From Octopus sinensis (Eukaryota): a DNA stretch of 64,000 nucleotides. The stretch's first letter is position 1. Each line of letters begins with the position of its first letter. The notes under the pieces were generated by a model. The model was not told the DNA's origin. It did not search any database and saw only the letters and a list, made by a program, of their open reading frames with translations. Position numbers and translations under genes: made by a program. Where the stretch lies: assembly GCF_006345805.1 (NCBI RefSeq), contig NC_042998.1, forward strand, positions 177,444,001 through 177,508,000, in the 5' to 3' direction. Shown one piece after another: positions 49,790 to 63,963 of the stretch.

Positions 49790-50900
49790 AGCTTGTAACC
49801 ATGCATGGAGTCCATCATCCACATACAGAATTTGATGGTCTATACATGAACAGAGCAAATGGAGGAAGAAGACTGTTAAGTGTAGAAGACTGTGTGCACA
49901 TTGAACTTGGGAGCTTACTGAAATATCTAACCCAAAGTGAGGAACCTTGCTAGTGGTAATTAGAGAAGAGGGCATATTGAAAGGAGGTAAAAATAAAAGA
50001 ACAAAAGAAGTACAAGAAAGACATGAAGAAGTACAACACAGCAACAGACTGCATAATCAATTCCATATAGCCACAACTGAAGTTATTGGGGAACGTAGAT
50101 GGGACTGATTAAAAAAAAAAGAGCACTTCACTTAAAAAGGAAACTGAGAGCACTATACTTGCAGTGCAAGACCAATCTTTGGCCACAAATTGGGGGTTCA
50201 GTCTTAGAAATGAGCATGTGTCTCCATTGTGCTCAATTTGCTATAGGTTTGATTAAACTATTTCCCATATTGTAAATGAATGTCCTAGACTTGCCCAAAA
50301 CCAGTATAAGTTGTGGTGACATGATGAAGTAGTAAAAGTTCTGCAGTGGAAACTGTGAAAAGTGGGGTTTAGAGAGAGGTAGCACATGGTACAATTACAA
50401 GCCACAGAGAGTGTCTGAATCAGAAACTGGCAAAATCCTGTGAGAGTTCCCAAATCAAACAGACTAGGTACTTGAGCTTGACAAACCAGACCTAATGGTG
50501 GTGGACAGAATAAACCAAATGTGCTCTATAATTGATGTTACATGCCTATTTGACCCATGAATAGTTAAGAAGGAAGATGAGAAAGTTGATGTTTATAATC
50601 CTGTTAGATATGAGATAACCCAACTGTGGAAAATGTAAAAAGTGAAGATAGTGTTGATTATTGTTGGGGGTCTTGGGGATAGTATCAAAAGATATTGAGA
50701 GGAACATAAAGAAAATGAGAATAAAATGTCTGGTGGGGCTGTTATAAAAAGTTTGCCTTCTTGACTTGACCAGAATGATTGGGAAAATATTTGATAGTTG
50801 AAAAGAGCGAATAGCATGGTACCATAGGCTGCAGGTAGCAAGCTTGTTGCTCATGCAAGATTCCAGGAGTTCCAACAAAACCGGCTTAAATGAATAATAA
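49790..50900 (+). mobile_element. R4/Dong-like non-LTR retrotransposon 3' fragment with restriction-like endonuclease, degenerate
   Basis: DGLYMNRANGGRRL; zinc knuckle CSIC...SHIVNEC; *HD; KPDLMVVD...IIDVTC...EDEKVDVY; (TAA)n at both ends. Confidence 0.8.
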
Positions 50901-51069
50901 TAACTTGATTGGAAAGAGAGCAATATAGGTCCATGTATTTTTCTTCCAGCTTTCACCAACTACCCATCCATACCATCACCACTAATCAGCAACATGCCTC
51001 CTGCCCTTTTCTTCTAGGGTGTATTCACATATATATATATATTTAAATGCATGTGTATATGTGTAATAC

Positions 51070-51172
<103 letters not shown>

Positions 51173-51252
51173 TATATATTATATATATATATATATATAG
51201 GTGAGAGAGTTGGTGTGTGAAAGCACGTGGTTGGATATTTTATATATATATA

Positions 51253-52142
51253 TCAGTTTGGTAAGAAAGTTCTTGGACACTTTTAACATATCACTTTATT
51301 AACAATTAAAAAAACAACAAAGAACAATCAATCCAAAAGGTAATCACCCTTGTTATCGATCACCTTTTGCCATCTTTCAGGCGAAGTTTTGAATCCTTTC
51401 ATCCAGAAATCACGTGGCTTTGAATCAATAAAGTCATAAAGGAACGATTTCACATCTTTGTTTTCGAACTCTGTATCACCAATTGCACGTTGCAAGGCAG
51501 AGAATAAATGGTAGTCAGAAGGGGCATGGTCAGTAGAATATGGTGGGTGCACCATAATCTCCCAGCTTATATCCTTCAGCTTCTCTGACGTCTTCTTTGC
51601 CCGATGTGCTGGCACGTTGTCTTGGTGGTAAATTATCTTCTTCAAATTTGAGCGTTTTTCAGACAGTGTGATCTTTAGATGGTTGATTTGTTCGTAGTAG
51701 ACTTCCTTCTCAACAGTGGCATTGCATGGGAGAAGATCCAACATGATCACACCACAGCAATCTCACCAAACTGAGATCATAACCTTCTTTTGCACAAGCG
51801 GTCCTTTTGGCAAAGGTTTTGGCTATTGACCTTTGCTACACCAGGATCATCTATGCTTCATGTTGGAGTACAGTACCCACTTTTCATCCATAGTGATTAC
51901 TGACTCCGATCAATCGAATCTTCAGCTTCGCCAGAGCAGACTTTGACATGCAGTGACACATGTTTGCTTGCTCACTTCAGTCAATTCATGTGGCCCCCAT
52001 TTTCCAAGCTTGCTGTCCTTGCCGAGACGATGCAGGTGGTTGATGATCATGACATGGGAGACGCCAAACTGTACTACAAGTTGACGTGCAGTTTGCATTG
52101 GATCGGCTTCAATGACTTGTCCAAGAACTTTCTTACCAAAGT
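51253..52142 (-). mobile_element. Mariner (D34D) transposase pseudogene, 5' end cut by a SINE
   Basis: HQDNVPAH...HPPYSTDHAPSDYHLF with 34 residues between the Asp residues; KWGPHELTE (WVPHEL motif); TA|TCAG terminus at 51253. Confidence 0.9.
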
Positions 52143-52265
52143 AATATATATATATCACCATGACCGACCAGGCTATCAGATGTTGCTACACATCGCTGGT
52201 CACAATGCGCTTCGCATTGTTTTAGCCTTCAAATGATGCCATCCCTCTGGCTAAGCGAGCAGGCC
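52143..52265 (-). mobile_element. SINE family D, 3' part
   Basis: Reverse complement of about 23105-23210. Confidence 0.75.
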
Positions 52266-52266
52266 A

Positions 52267-52306
<40 letters not shown>

Positions 52307-52311
<5 letters not shown>

Positions 52312-52745
52312 CATCATCATCATCGTTTAACGTCCGTTCTCCATGCTAGCATGGGTTGGACGGTTCGACCGGGGATCTGGGAAGCCAGAAGGCTGCACCA
52401 GGCTCCAGTCTTATCTGGCAATGTTTCTACAGCTGGATGCCCTTCCTAACGCCAACCACTCCGTGAGTGTAGTGGGTGCTTTTTACGTGCCACCTGCACA
52501 GGTGCCATGCGAGGCTGGCAACGGCCACGGTCGGATTGGTGTATTTTATGTGCCACCGGCACGGAAGCCAGTCGAGGCGGCACTGGCATCGGCCACGAGT
52601 CGGATAGTGCTTTTTTACGTACCACCAGACCAGGGATCCTGGCTGGTTCAATTCGATTTCGCTTGCCCCAACATGTCTTCGCAAGCAAAGGGGGTTGGCA
52701 TGGGTGCCTGTCGTCGGATGAGGTTCTATATCGACTTCGCTTGCC
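52307..52745 (-). mobile_element. SINE family C
   Basis: (CAT)n start, then the reverse complement of the family C body. Confidence 0.75.
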
Positions 52746-52755
52746 TCAACGGGTC

Positions 52756-52787
<32 letters not shown>

Positions 52788-53329
52788 TATATATATATAG
52801 ATGTACATATATGTGTATATGTGTGTAAAATGTATCTTCAATGTATGCAATCACTATTACTCGTTATTCTTGACATGAATAGCAATGTATCACTCCCCAT
52901 TTCAGTAGTTTTTCAGTCAAAGTGTAGGCTTTTTACTTCTTTTATAGTAGTGGAGATTTTGGGATCTGGCAGGTATGGTAATTTAATGAGCAGTACTACT
53001 TCTGTAATTATTTGGATTTGTGCAAGAGCCCTCTTCCTTTAGGCAAACATTCCCACAAACCTTCTTGTTTTTAGATGCTGCTCACTTACTCTTCTCATCC
53101 AGATCACAGCCTTAAAACAGCCACAATCAATGTAGGAAAAAGGAAAAGTAGGTCTGATGAGATTGTTGTAAAGGTAGATTGGAGGCATTTAGATGTGTGT
53201 TGTATGCAAGTGGTAAGGTGAAATGGATGAGCTTCAATAGACCACTCATGAGCATAGAACAATGATGTAAATACTTCTGGGTAGGCAATAGTGATGGCAT
53301 GGGAGTAGTGGGCATACTTTGGGCAGAGA

Positions 53330-55010
53330 AATGATTGAGAAGTGATTGAGGCAGACAGTGTGATAAGATAACTAAGCCTGGTCTTGGAGAATACAAAAGC
53401 AAAATTTCTCTTTGCATATGTTTCTCAATCAGGACTGGCAGATGAACAAAAGAGCCAATTTTACAAAACTCTTTTGCAAATTACCTCTTCACAAATGATA
53501 GTCGCTTTCTCTTTTTTGCTGATACTTTCAACATACATGGGGAACAACTGGATGGATGCTATGGCTGTGGTCCAAGAAATAAGGAAGGGGCAAGGTTTTT
53601 TGAGTTTTATGATGCAAATAACCTGATGACCGGCAGCACTAACTTCAAGAAACCATCCAGTCACTTGATCACTTATCAGTCTGTTGGGCACACAAACCAA
53701 ATTGATGACATTCCCATCTGAAAATAAGATCAATAAATGCTTGTGAATGCAAAGTCTGTCTAGTGTGAAGAATGTGTAATCCAACGTTAGTTAGTAGCTA
53801 GTGACTTTAGACTTAGAGCTGAAAGGACTCAGAGACACAAACCAATTTGGAATGGAAGTTATGGAAGTTTAAAAATACAATGAATTATCAGAAAATTAGA
53901 GAAGTACTAGTTAAAGCATTTGGCAAGATGGAGGTGGAAATAAAAACATATAATGTGGAGGAGATGTGGGAGTTCAGGACAACCCATTGAGAAAAACTGA
54001 ACCCAATCTGTGGATGGTGCAAAGTTTCATCCAGACCAAAGGTGACATGATTGTGAATTAGTGAAGTTGATAGAGTTATAAAAATGAAGAGACAAGCTTA
54101 AAAAGATTGGAGAAATGGAAATAGCAGAGAATCATACCAGGTAACTAGAAGAGAAGCTAGGTAGTGGATATATATAACAATAGGAGAATCAGAAAGGAAA
54201 AGGTTTGCTAATATTCTCCAGTTTTGGGTCTGAATAGTGAGGATATTCTGAATTGCTAGACAGTGTATCTGAGAGAATCAAGATGTTGTGGGTGAGAAGT
54301 GTATACAGATGAATAATGGTTCACTTGTATTCAGTGATGCTGAAAAGGAGGCATACAAGTGCTACTATGGAAGACTATTAAATGTGGAGTATGCATGAGA
54401 GAAAGGGGATCTTCCCAATGTGGGTCCAAAAAAGGGACCAGCTATTCTCATTGACAGCAGTGTGATAGATAAAATAATCAAGGATATAAAGGCAAGAAAA
54501 GCCCTTGATCTATTAGGAATCAACACTAAGATGCTGAAAATATTGGGCAGAGAAGGGTACAGCCTAGACATATGTTTAGGTAATCAGGTTGTAAAAGAAG
54601 ACGTTATACCCAACAACTGGCATATCAGTATTATAGTCAACTGTTACAAGGATAAAAGAGATAGAAGTATCAAATTTCTTGTCCAGGCCATGGAAGTTAT
54701 GGAGGGAGTTCTAACCTGATTAATTAAGAAAAGAATTAGGTTTGAAATTGTGCCTGTGCAAAGGATTACTGATGCCTTTGTTTGAGTTAGGCAACTTCAG
54801 GAGAAGTATTTAGCTAAAAGTAAGCCATTATACTTGGCATTCGTTGACCTGGAGAAAGCCTTTGACAGGGTATCTCACTCTGTTATTTGGAGTTACCTGA
54901 GAAAGCTAGAGGAAGATGAATGACTTGTAAGAGCCATACAAGTAATGCTGTCAGTAAGGTGAGAATTGGTAATGAGTACAGCAATGAATTTAGTGTACAG
55001 GTGGTTTGGA
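53330..55010 (+). mobile_element. Degenerate RTE LINE (endonuclease end through RT)
   Basis: LRQLQEKYLAKSKPLYLAFVDLEKAFDRV near 54790-54870; many stops and frameshifts. Confidence 0.8.
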
Positions 55011-56464
55011 AAAGGAAAGGTCACTTTCGACAATGTAGTCCCATATACTCAAAAACAGAAAAAAAGGTGGATGATCAGGGCTGGGATGCCATTTAATCAT
55101 AAGTCTACTCAATTATAGATGACCTGGGGTTAAAATACCATGGCCATTACAACCTCACCATTGCATCTACAACCATCACAACAACCATCACAAACAACTG
55201 TCTCCCCTACTTAGTTCATATAACCCTGAAAATCACATACATGCAGAAATAGCAGCAGCATCATTAGCCCCAAGCACAACTAATTTTGCCTTCATCCAAT
55301 CATAATTGAACAAAAAATATTATTTGAAGAATTTGTTTTGCATTTCAAATGATTAAATTTTATTCTTCGTTGTACCATAATAATTTGCTTTTGATGTTAA
55401 ATTTTACAACCAATGGTGAAAAAAAAAAGTGCTGAGTTTTAAAAAAATAAATATTTTAAATGTATTTCTCTTTTTCTGAAACTAGCTAACTATGGAATCG
55501 GTAAGAGATATATTCTAAAGTGTGTTTTTCCATGAATTTTGTCACCGTGTGTTCTTAGGAAATGCTGTGAATAGCACCAATATTTTTTTAAGCTTAAAAA
55601 TGTTTGAGATTTTTTTCTTGTGTTAGATGTTAGTTGAAAGCTGAAATAGAAAATTGGTGAAGATTCAGTAGCATAATAGTCGTATACTTGGATGTTGTTG
55701 TCCAAGGGATGTGGGTTCACGTCCCACTTGTCTAATTGTCTTTCTATTCTTTATTCCTGTGTGCTTATATACTTATTTCTTCTGATACACTGTCAAATTA
55801 TATAACATGCATATATATATATATATATATATACATGTATACACACACACACACACATATATATATATATCAATTTCATATGGTTTCTAACTCTGGAGCT
55901 TTCTATTTTAAGCTCATCTACAGTTGTGGGCTATCAGATATTTCTATAAATAAGAGGTCAAGTTTTCATAAAATTAATATAACTGCTAACTTAACGGAGA
56001 CAATATTTACATATCACCTGAGGAAACACAACTAGATCTCATAATGTGAGGAAACTGTGGTATAATCAAGTCCCTGTATGCTTTGAGAACTACATTGTGT
56101 AGAAACAATTGTAGTGATTGAAAATAAATGTCCAGCCATTCTCCTTCAGTTATCTATTCATACACAACAGAGGCCCAAACGCAAACCTGGAAGTGTGTAT
56201 AACGCTACTATTGGATAGCACAGGGTGAAATCTGAAGGTGGATGAGCTTTATATTGTACTCTATTACGTTCTTAACAGAATATACCATAACTATATACAT
56301 ATATATGTATGTGTGTGTGTATGCATGTATAAATTGCTCTTATAATAATGAAATTATTGTATACAGTGCTCAGGTGCACCACAACTTGTCAGAAAGTGCG
56401 TATAAGGTGTATGCAGTAATGTACAAATGTCTGGAAAGCGAACAATGTATGAGTCAGATATAAG

Positions 56465-57075
56465 CTTGTGTGTGCATGGAGGGGAAAAAATCAGGTGTAG
56501 TGTTGACGAATCTCAGAAAGCATAGAAGTTTTGAAGGGTGCAGTGCTCCGACAACTAACAACTGATGCCGGCAGTTTGTTCCATGTTTCAGCAACTCTCA
56601 GCGTGAAAAATGTTTCCTAAAGTCATGGGAGCTGTGCTGTTTTCTGACTTTGTAAATGTGTCCACGGGTGTTAGACAGGTGGAGTTTGAAAAGGTGCTCA
56701 GAGTTATTGTTTGTAAGATGGTTGATAATTTTATGGGTGTCTGCCAAGTCAGCTGCCAGACGTCGGAGTTTCAATGTGTCCATGCCCAGGGAAGTAAGGC
56801 GTTCAGGATATGGCAAATGCCTGATGGAGGGTATTCTTTTGGTTGCACGTCGCTGAACGGCTTCCAGATGATTGATATCTTGGGCAAGATAGGGGTTCCA
56901 GACCAGTGATGCAAATTCCAGGTAAGGTCTTACCCTAGCTATATAAAGCCGCAGATAGATAGTCGGAGAGCCGCTCACAAAGGATTTGGTGAGTAATGCC
57001 AAGACACCCTCAGCCTTCTTGACAACTTTAGCGATGTGTTTCGTCCAACGCAAATCACTGTCGACAATAACACCC
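56465..57075 (-). mobile_element. CR1-clade LINE 3' fragment (second subfamily)
   Basis: VRPYLEFASLVWNPY...LEAVQRRATKRIP...LKLRRL...NTRGH, then LRVAETWNKLP after a frameshift. Confidence 0.88.
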
Positions 57076-57464
57076 AGGTTGTCCCATTGAAGCTATAAGG
57101 TGTTACTCAGGCACTCAACTATGAGTCTACTGCATTTTATAGTAGAAACAGTTGTAAGGTAATGATGTTCATAAGATAATAAATTGTTCCTTTTCCATCT
57201 CATTTTCTTATATATATCATTGCTATTATGCTAAACTGTCGTATGTCCAAATTTGGCCAAATGCATTTGTTTCAATATTTATTTTTGCTTGCAATAGCCA
57301 ATTCTATTGGTCAAACTATCATATCTCCAGTAGCTTCAGATGCCAAGATGTAAAAATTGTCAAAGTGTAGTACAATGGTTTTGCAATGGAATGGTGAAAC
57401 TATTTTTTGTTTTCTGAAAAAGCAATGTTTTGAACTTACAGCACTTTTGCATAATAGCAATGAT

Positions 57465-57467
<3 letters not shown>

Positions 57468-57558
<91 letters not shown>
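57468..57558. repeat. (CA)n microsatellite
   Basis: Direct reading. Confidence 0.95.
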
Positions 57559-57563
<5 letters not shown>

Positions 57564-58021
57564 GGAGCACATGTGTCCATATATTCATTGAGAATGGAAG
57601 ATATCACTATCTGCCACTCACTTTATCCACTCCACTGCCGTAGGAAGGACAAAAGTGTGAAGGAGAAATGCACTGAGTACTATGAGAAGCAAAAAGGCTT
57701 GTATGTCTTAAATCTAGTCTCTCCAACTAAAGATTTACATATCTTGCCAACCATACAAAAACTGAACACCAAGGATTGGGATGTGCAGTCGTTAAAGGAT
57801 TCACGAACGTAGATAATCGTCTCTGGATTTCATGGGCAATCATAAGGAAACAGCACGTGTGTGTGTGTTTGTGTATGGTGCATGTGTGTGTGTATGTGTG
57901 CATGTGTGTAGGCACATGTATCTGTGTGCGTGGTACTTGTGTCTGTGTATGTACTTGTGCTTGTGTGGTATGTGAATGTGTGTGTGCACATGCATATACG
58001 TGTTGTATTTGTGTGTGTGTG

Positions 58022-58435
58022 TGAAATCTTCAAAGCCACAGTCGAACCAATTCTACTATATGGCTCAGAAACCTGGACGTTATCAAAGAAGCTTGAGAGG
58101 CGGTTGGATGGAACCTACACTCGCTTCCTTATGAGAGCTCAAAATCTCTCGTGAAAGCGTCATCCAACCAAAATGCAAATATATGGGAAACTACCCCCTG
58201 TGTAATCTCTTGTGAAAGGTAGGAGAGTCCAGTTTGCTGGACATTGTTGTAAAGCTGAAAACAAGGCATCTACTCTCGATACCAGAGGGCGCACACTCTC
58301 CTACCCTGATGTAATCTCCAGGGATACAGGCATCCAGCAACAGGACCTCTGTAATGCTATGATGGACCATGAAGTCTGGCGTAACATGGTAAATTCCATT
58401 GTCTCGACCACGGTCGAACAATGATGATGATGATG
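58022..58435 (+). mobile_element. RTE/RTEX-like LINE 3' fragment with (GAT)n tail, inserted in a GT-rich tract
   Basis: IFKATVEPILLYGSETWTLSKKLERRLDGTYTRFL...RRVQFAGHC. Confidence 0.75.
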
Positions 58436-58844
58436 TGTGTGTGTGCCTGCGTGCACCTGCATGTGTGTGCCTTATGTGTGTATGTGTGCCTTGTCTGTGT
58501 GTGTGTGTGTGCATGCGAGCAAGCATGTGCGTGTATTTGTGTACTGTGCTGCAGGGGAAAGAGAGAATGTGAAATTCTGTTGTATATCATCTCCATAAGC
58601 ATACTCATATAAGCACTTGTGTTGACACAAATATTACCATAATTATATCAGATACACTAACTGAGATGCAGACAAATATCTACACACATTCCCATATCGA
58701 CACTCATGCTTGTGTTTATGTAATCTCATTAACACACAGGTCTTTCTATGTCGCAGCTGTTAGAGTTGAGAAACCTAATGAAACCATGATACTTTTGTTA
58801 CAAATGCATTGACTTTACAGTGATTCATGATAAGGCAACGAGCT

Positions 58845-59053
58845 GGCAGAAACGTTAGCACATCGGGCGAAATGCTTAACGGTATTTCGTCTGCCGCTAC
58901 GTTGTGAGTTCAAATTCCGCCAAGGTCAACTTTGCTTTTCATCCTTTCGGGGTCGATAAATTAAGTACCAGTTACGCACTGGGTCGATGTAATCGGCTTA
59001 ATCCGTTTGTCTGTCCTCTCTGTGTTTAGCCCCTTGTGGGTAGTAAAGAAATA
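58845..59053 (+). mobile_element. SINE family B
   Basis: Reverse complement of 25022-25250. Confidence 0.8.
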
Positions 59054-59287
59054 AGTGATTCATGATAATCATTTTAAGAAACACGCAACTGTATTTGAAA
59101 CTAATTAGATTAATTTAAAAAAGCAATAATGAATTATAAAACTGTACTTTTTGGATAGTTTATATTGCAATATGTAAATCCAAAGGAAAAAAGATCAATC
59201 TTATAACTAATTTGAGGTTTAATTCTTTTTGTGGTTTCACAGCCAACATTATCTGAAGAGAACGTTAGGAGTCCGACGAAATCTAGT

Positions 59288-59378
59288 ATGGCTCGGCGGA
59301 AGGCAGAAATTATTCTTCAGCGTGAGTTGGAAACACAGGAAGATTGGGAAGATTTTCTTTCAAAAGAAGGCTTGTTAG
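59288..59378 (+). CDS. NME8: NME8/NME9 (TXNDC3-like, thioredoxin-NDP kinase) first coding exon MARRKAEIILQRELETQEDWEDFLSKEGLL
   Basis: Resembles the NME8/NME9 N-terminus as I recall it (K..E..LQ..I.TQE.WEE.L..KGL); acceptor ttcacag before 59243; phase-1 donor G|gtcagt at 59379; NME8 versus NME9 orthology not resolvable here. Confidence 0.85.
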
Positions 59379-59559
59379 GTCAGTTAAAAGTTGTTACAAT
59401 CTGGTGGCAAATCATAAGCATTGTTAATATTATTGAGTTCCTATAAAGGTTACCTCTCTTCTCTTGTTTTTTTCAGTTGGGGTAACCACGTATCTCCGTT
59501 ATTGCAAAATGTATGTTTCTGTAACCTGTCATCACATAACACACAACCACCTTCCTCAA

Positions 59560-59860
59560 TACCACTCCCCATCTCAGTTAAGGGGTCTTTTTCTTGCATG
59601 CTACTTGCCAACCTAAAGTGGTGTGGCATCCAACCTTGCAAACTTAAGACCATTGCCACAAACAGGGCTACCTGGAGGTCAACTACCTACACTGCAGTAG
59701 CCACCTTTGAAGAGGATAGACAGCAATGCTTCACAGCCGCAAAAGACAGATGTCACCAGGCTACATCATCCTCAGTCCTGACCACAGTCTACCAGTATCC
59801 AACCTGCAGAGCTACATGCACTCCCACCGCTGACTGCTGAGATCACAGACTATGTTTTCA
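59560..59860 (+). mobile_element. Old RTE LINE 3' tail
   Basis: LKWCGIQP...ATNRATWRSTTYTAVATFEEDR, typical of RTE ORF C-termini. Confidence 0.55.
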
Positions 59861-60109
59861 TTTTTTTATTGGGGATCGATGGACTACCAAGAGATACTGG
59901 GTGTTCTTACTGGTGCTGGTGCTGGTGCTACATAAATACTATTCAGTGCACTCTATAGGGAGATTGGCATTAAGAAGGGCATCCAGCTGTAGAAACCACA
60001 CCAAAGCAGGCAGCAGAGCTTGGCACAGTCCTCTGGTTCATCAGCTTCTGTCAAACCATCCGAGCCATGCCAATATGGAAAATGGATGTTAAATGGTGAT
60101 GGTCCTTTT

Positions 60110-60342
60110 ATTCTTTTATTCTTTTACTTGTTTCAGTCATTTGACTGCAGCCATGCTGGAGCACCACATTGATGGGTTTCCAGTTGAAAAAATTGACCCC
60201 AGGACTTATTTCTTAAGCCTAGTGCTTATGCTTTTGGCCTCTTTTGCAGAACTGCTAAGTTATGGGGCAGTAAACACACAAACATTGGTTGTTAAATGGT
60301 GATTGGGGAACAAACACAGACACAAAGATACATACACACATA

Positions 60343-60405
<63 letters not shown>

Positions 60406-60560
60406 ATATATGACGAGCATTTTTAGTTTCCATCTACCAAATCCATTGACAAGGCTTTGGTTGGCCCAAGGCTATAGTAGAAGACATTTACCCAAGGTGC
60501 CATGCAGTGGGACTGAACCCTGAACCATGTGGTTGGGAAGCAAGCTTTTTACCACACAGT
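60110..60560 (-). mobile_element. SINE family A, diverged
   Basis: Family motifs with an internal (CA)n tract. Confidence 0.75.
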
Positions 60561-61422
60561 TATACCGATTGAGCATGATGTTACATCATTAGTAAACTGT
60601 TGACTACTTGCTCTCATAACATCAGCAACCATGTTTTCTTGGTGTATGTTTTTGACAAGAAAGATAGATCTACTTGAAGATTCTTTCACTCTATTTTTTT
60701 CAGTTTTTTCAGATTTTGAAATTCCGCATTGATTAAACTGTAATGTTTTATAAGCCAAATTGTGAAGATTGAGGTAAAGAAATCAAACTGAAAAAAGAAA
60801 AAAAAAAAAACGCAATTGAAGAATTTTAACTTGAACTGAAATCCAACAAAAAAGCAACCTGAATTTAAATTAATATAAAAAAATATTTCATTCCCCCCGC
60901 CCACTCTTTTTAAATTTTTAGTTTCACTTCCCAAATTATAATTTTGGCTCTGTAATCATCTCTACTGGAATATCTCCTCCTCTCCTCCTACCTGTTATAG
61001 AGACCCTAAAAAGGTCCATGGATCTTGCTGTTCTTCTAAGTAATAAATAAAATACAATCTAGAATGCATGTTGTAGTCAATTCAAAAGCCATGATCTACT
61101 ATGTTTGAACTTGAATTAGTACATCTACAGCATGAAGGTGATAGATTAAATACTTTAGTACAACCCATTAAATTGCTGTATCCTAAGATTGCATGACAGT
61201 TTTTAAGCTTTCTTGATTTGGATGAAAAAAATTCCTTTTTTTATACATGCATTATAAAGAATAAATAAAATAAACAACAGAACAAAAAGCAATAGCAAGG
61301 TCTTTTATCAAGTTGTCTGTTTATGAATGTATAAAGACAACAAATAAGTTAGGTTTTTTTTATGATTCTCATAGTAACCATAACAGTTGTATGTTTATCA
61401 AAAATGAAATAACTGGGTAAAG

Positions 61423-62130
61423 GCACATGGCTCAGTGGTTAGAGTGTTACACTCACAGTCACAAGACTCTGGTTTCAATTCTCAGACAAGGTATTGTGTT
61501 GTGTTCTTGAGCAATACACTTCATTTCACATTATTCCAGTCCGCTAAGCAGTAAATGAGCAACCCTGTGACAGACTGGCACCTTGTTCAAAGAATATGTT
61601 ATGATCTCAGCCATTTATACATGATGGAAACCAGATAACCAACCCTATGAGCCCTAGGACTCAAGACTGTAATGTCCAGTGGTTGCTGATGATGAGGAAG
61701 ATGAGAAGGGGAGGCGGACAAAAGGTTTATGATCTATGTAATACTTTTTTTTGTTTCTAAAATACTATTTAGTGAAGTAGTTAAGAATGGCTCAGTGGTT
61801 AGAGCATTGGACTCACAATAATGAGGTTGTGAGTTTGATTCCTGGACCAGGCTGTGTGTTGTGTTCTTGAGCAAGACACTTCATTTCACATTGCTCCAGG
61901 TCACTTAGCTGTAGAAACGAGTTGTGACATCACTGTTGCCAAGCTGTATCAGCCTTTGCCTTTTCCTTGGATAACATTTGTAGTATGGAGAGGAGAGGCT
62001 GGTATGCATGGGTGACGGCTGGTCTTCCATAAACAACTTTGCCTGGACTTGTGCCTCCGACAGGAATTTTCTATGTACAATCCCATGGTCATTCACGATT
62101 GAAGGGTGTCTTTACCCTTTTATTCCTTAA
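61423..62130 (+). mobile_element. Two tRNA-derived SINE copies (family E; ~61423-61680 and ~61787-62130)
   Basis: TGGCTCAGTGGTTAGAG A-box heads and a shared ttgtgttcttgagcaa.acacttcatttcacatt core. Confidence 0.7.
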
Positions 62131-63963
62131 AGGGTCTAAGTGGCCGTGAATGGGAAATATTGGCTTGAAGATTATAGAGTGACTTGTTATACTGCAGATA
62201 CTACTCACCCCACTGCCTGTCATGGGTTTATCTTGATACAAGTTTAGAATTAATTTTTCTGACTGGCATTAAACATGTACAAAGTTCATAGGGAAGCAAT
62301 ATGAATGAAGGGAAAATCAAAGAATTTCAAAATAACCACTCTCCACATTGAAATAATTATTATATTGACAAGACATGAGTCAATGACAGAAATATTGAAT
62401 TAGTAGCTTCTTAGATTTGACAGCTTAATGGATCCAATTTTAAGATGAAATTTATATGGGGGTGGTACTGGGTTAGACAAAGATTTTCTGTAGATCTGAA
62501 TTTGTCACTGGACAGCAATATATATGAGAAGTGATATATTTGAAGGAAGTGGGAGAAAAAAATCCCTAAGAATGTATTTTTAATACATTATTAATATATA
62601 TATTGATATATTGATATATTTTGCCTGCAGCAAGCTGGCAGAGCTATTAGCATATCAGAGACAAAATACTTAGTGGCATTTCTTCCAGTTCTTTACGTTT
62701 TGAGTTCAAATCCCACTGGGGTTGGCTTTGCCTTTCATCCTTTGAGAATTGATAAAATAAGTACCAGTTGAACACTGGGGTTGATGTAATCTACTAATCC
62801 CTCTCGCTAAAACTGCTGGTCCTTTGCCAAAATTTGAAACAAATTATTACTATTTCATCACGATCGTCGTCAACATCATCCTTATTGGTTTAATGTCCAC
62901 TTTTCCATGCTTACATAGATCAGATGGAATTTTATTGAGGTGGTGTAGCGGAAGGGATGTACACGGTCACTATGTGTGAGATGTTTTCGTTTTGACTCGT
63001 CTAGGCTTAAATACTCAGATATCGGCTCCATGAGCCCTTTTAATTCCAACAGATCACATGACAGTTTCCACAACAGTTCATTTTTCCTTACGTGGGAAAT
63101 TAATCACCAACTCTAGGAGCCTAATGATCTCAATAAGAATGACAATTTTCAACTGCTCTTCATCTTTGGCACATGCCACTGACCACACACAACTCTTCTC
63201 CGGCAATGATGTATCTGACACCAGCCAATCTCTGCTTTCATCTCTACCAGATACTTGCCTACATCATTGTTGTATGAACATCACACGACCAACAGACCAA
63301 CGGCTGCCTCTACACACCACCAAACAGTACGTCAACTATGTCTACAAGATCTACAGTCCAGCCTAACCACAAAGTCTCTCACACATCCTTGTTGTAACCT
63401 ATTATGCTATTTTATTTCACATATGGCAATCATCGTATTTTATAACAGAGAATAAATCATTGCTTACCTGTTCATTTCATTTCAAGTTAGCTATCATTTT
63501 CACATTTCCCTCATTAACCATCTTCATTATAGTGGGTTTTCTAAGACCACATGCCCTTCCTGCCACTAGTCCTCACCTGTTTCCAGGCAAGGAAATATTT
63601 CCCCATAACCTGATGTCATATGATGTCAAGTCAAGTAGACACAAATATATGCAAAGACACCTACACACAACAAGCTACTTTCAGTTTCTGTCTACCATAT
63701 CTGTTCACAAGGCTTTGGTCAGCTTGGTGGGGTTATAGTAGAAAACACCTGCCCAAGGTGCCACACAGTGGGACTGAACACGAAACCATGTGGTTGGAAA
63801 GCAAACTTCTTACCACACAGCCATGCCTGTACCTATTTCTTTTGTATAAAATCTTAAAAGTTTCCTGATTTTTAAAGAGTTTTCTTCACAAATAAAGATA
63901 TTATTTTCATCATGATCATTATTTCAACTATTTTAATTAAACATTGATTGCAAATCCTTCCAG

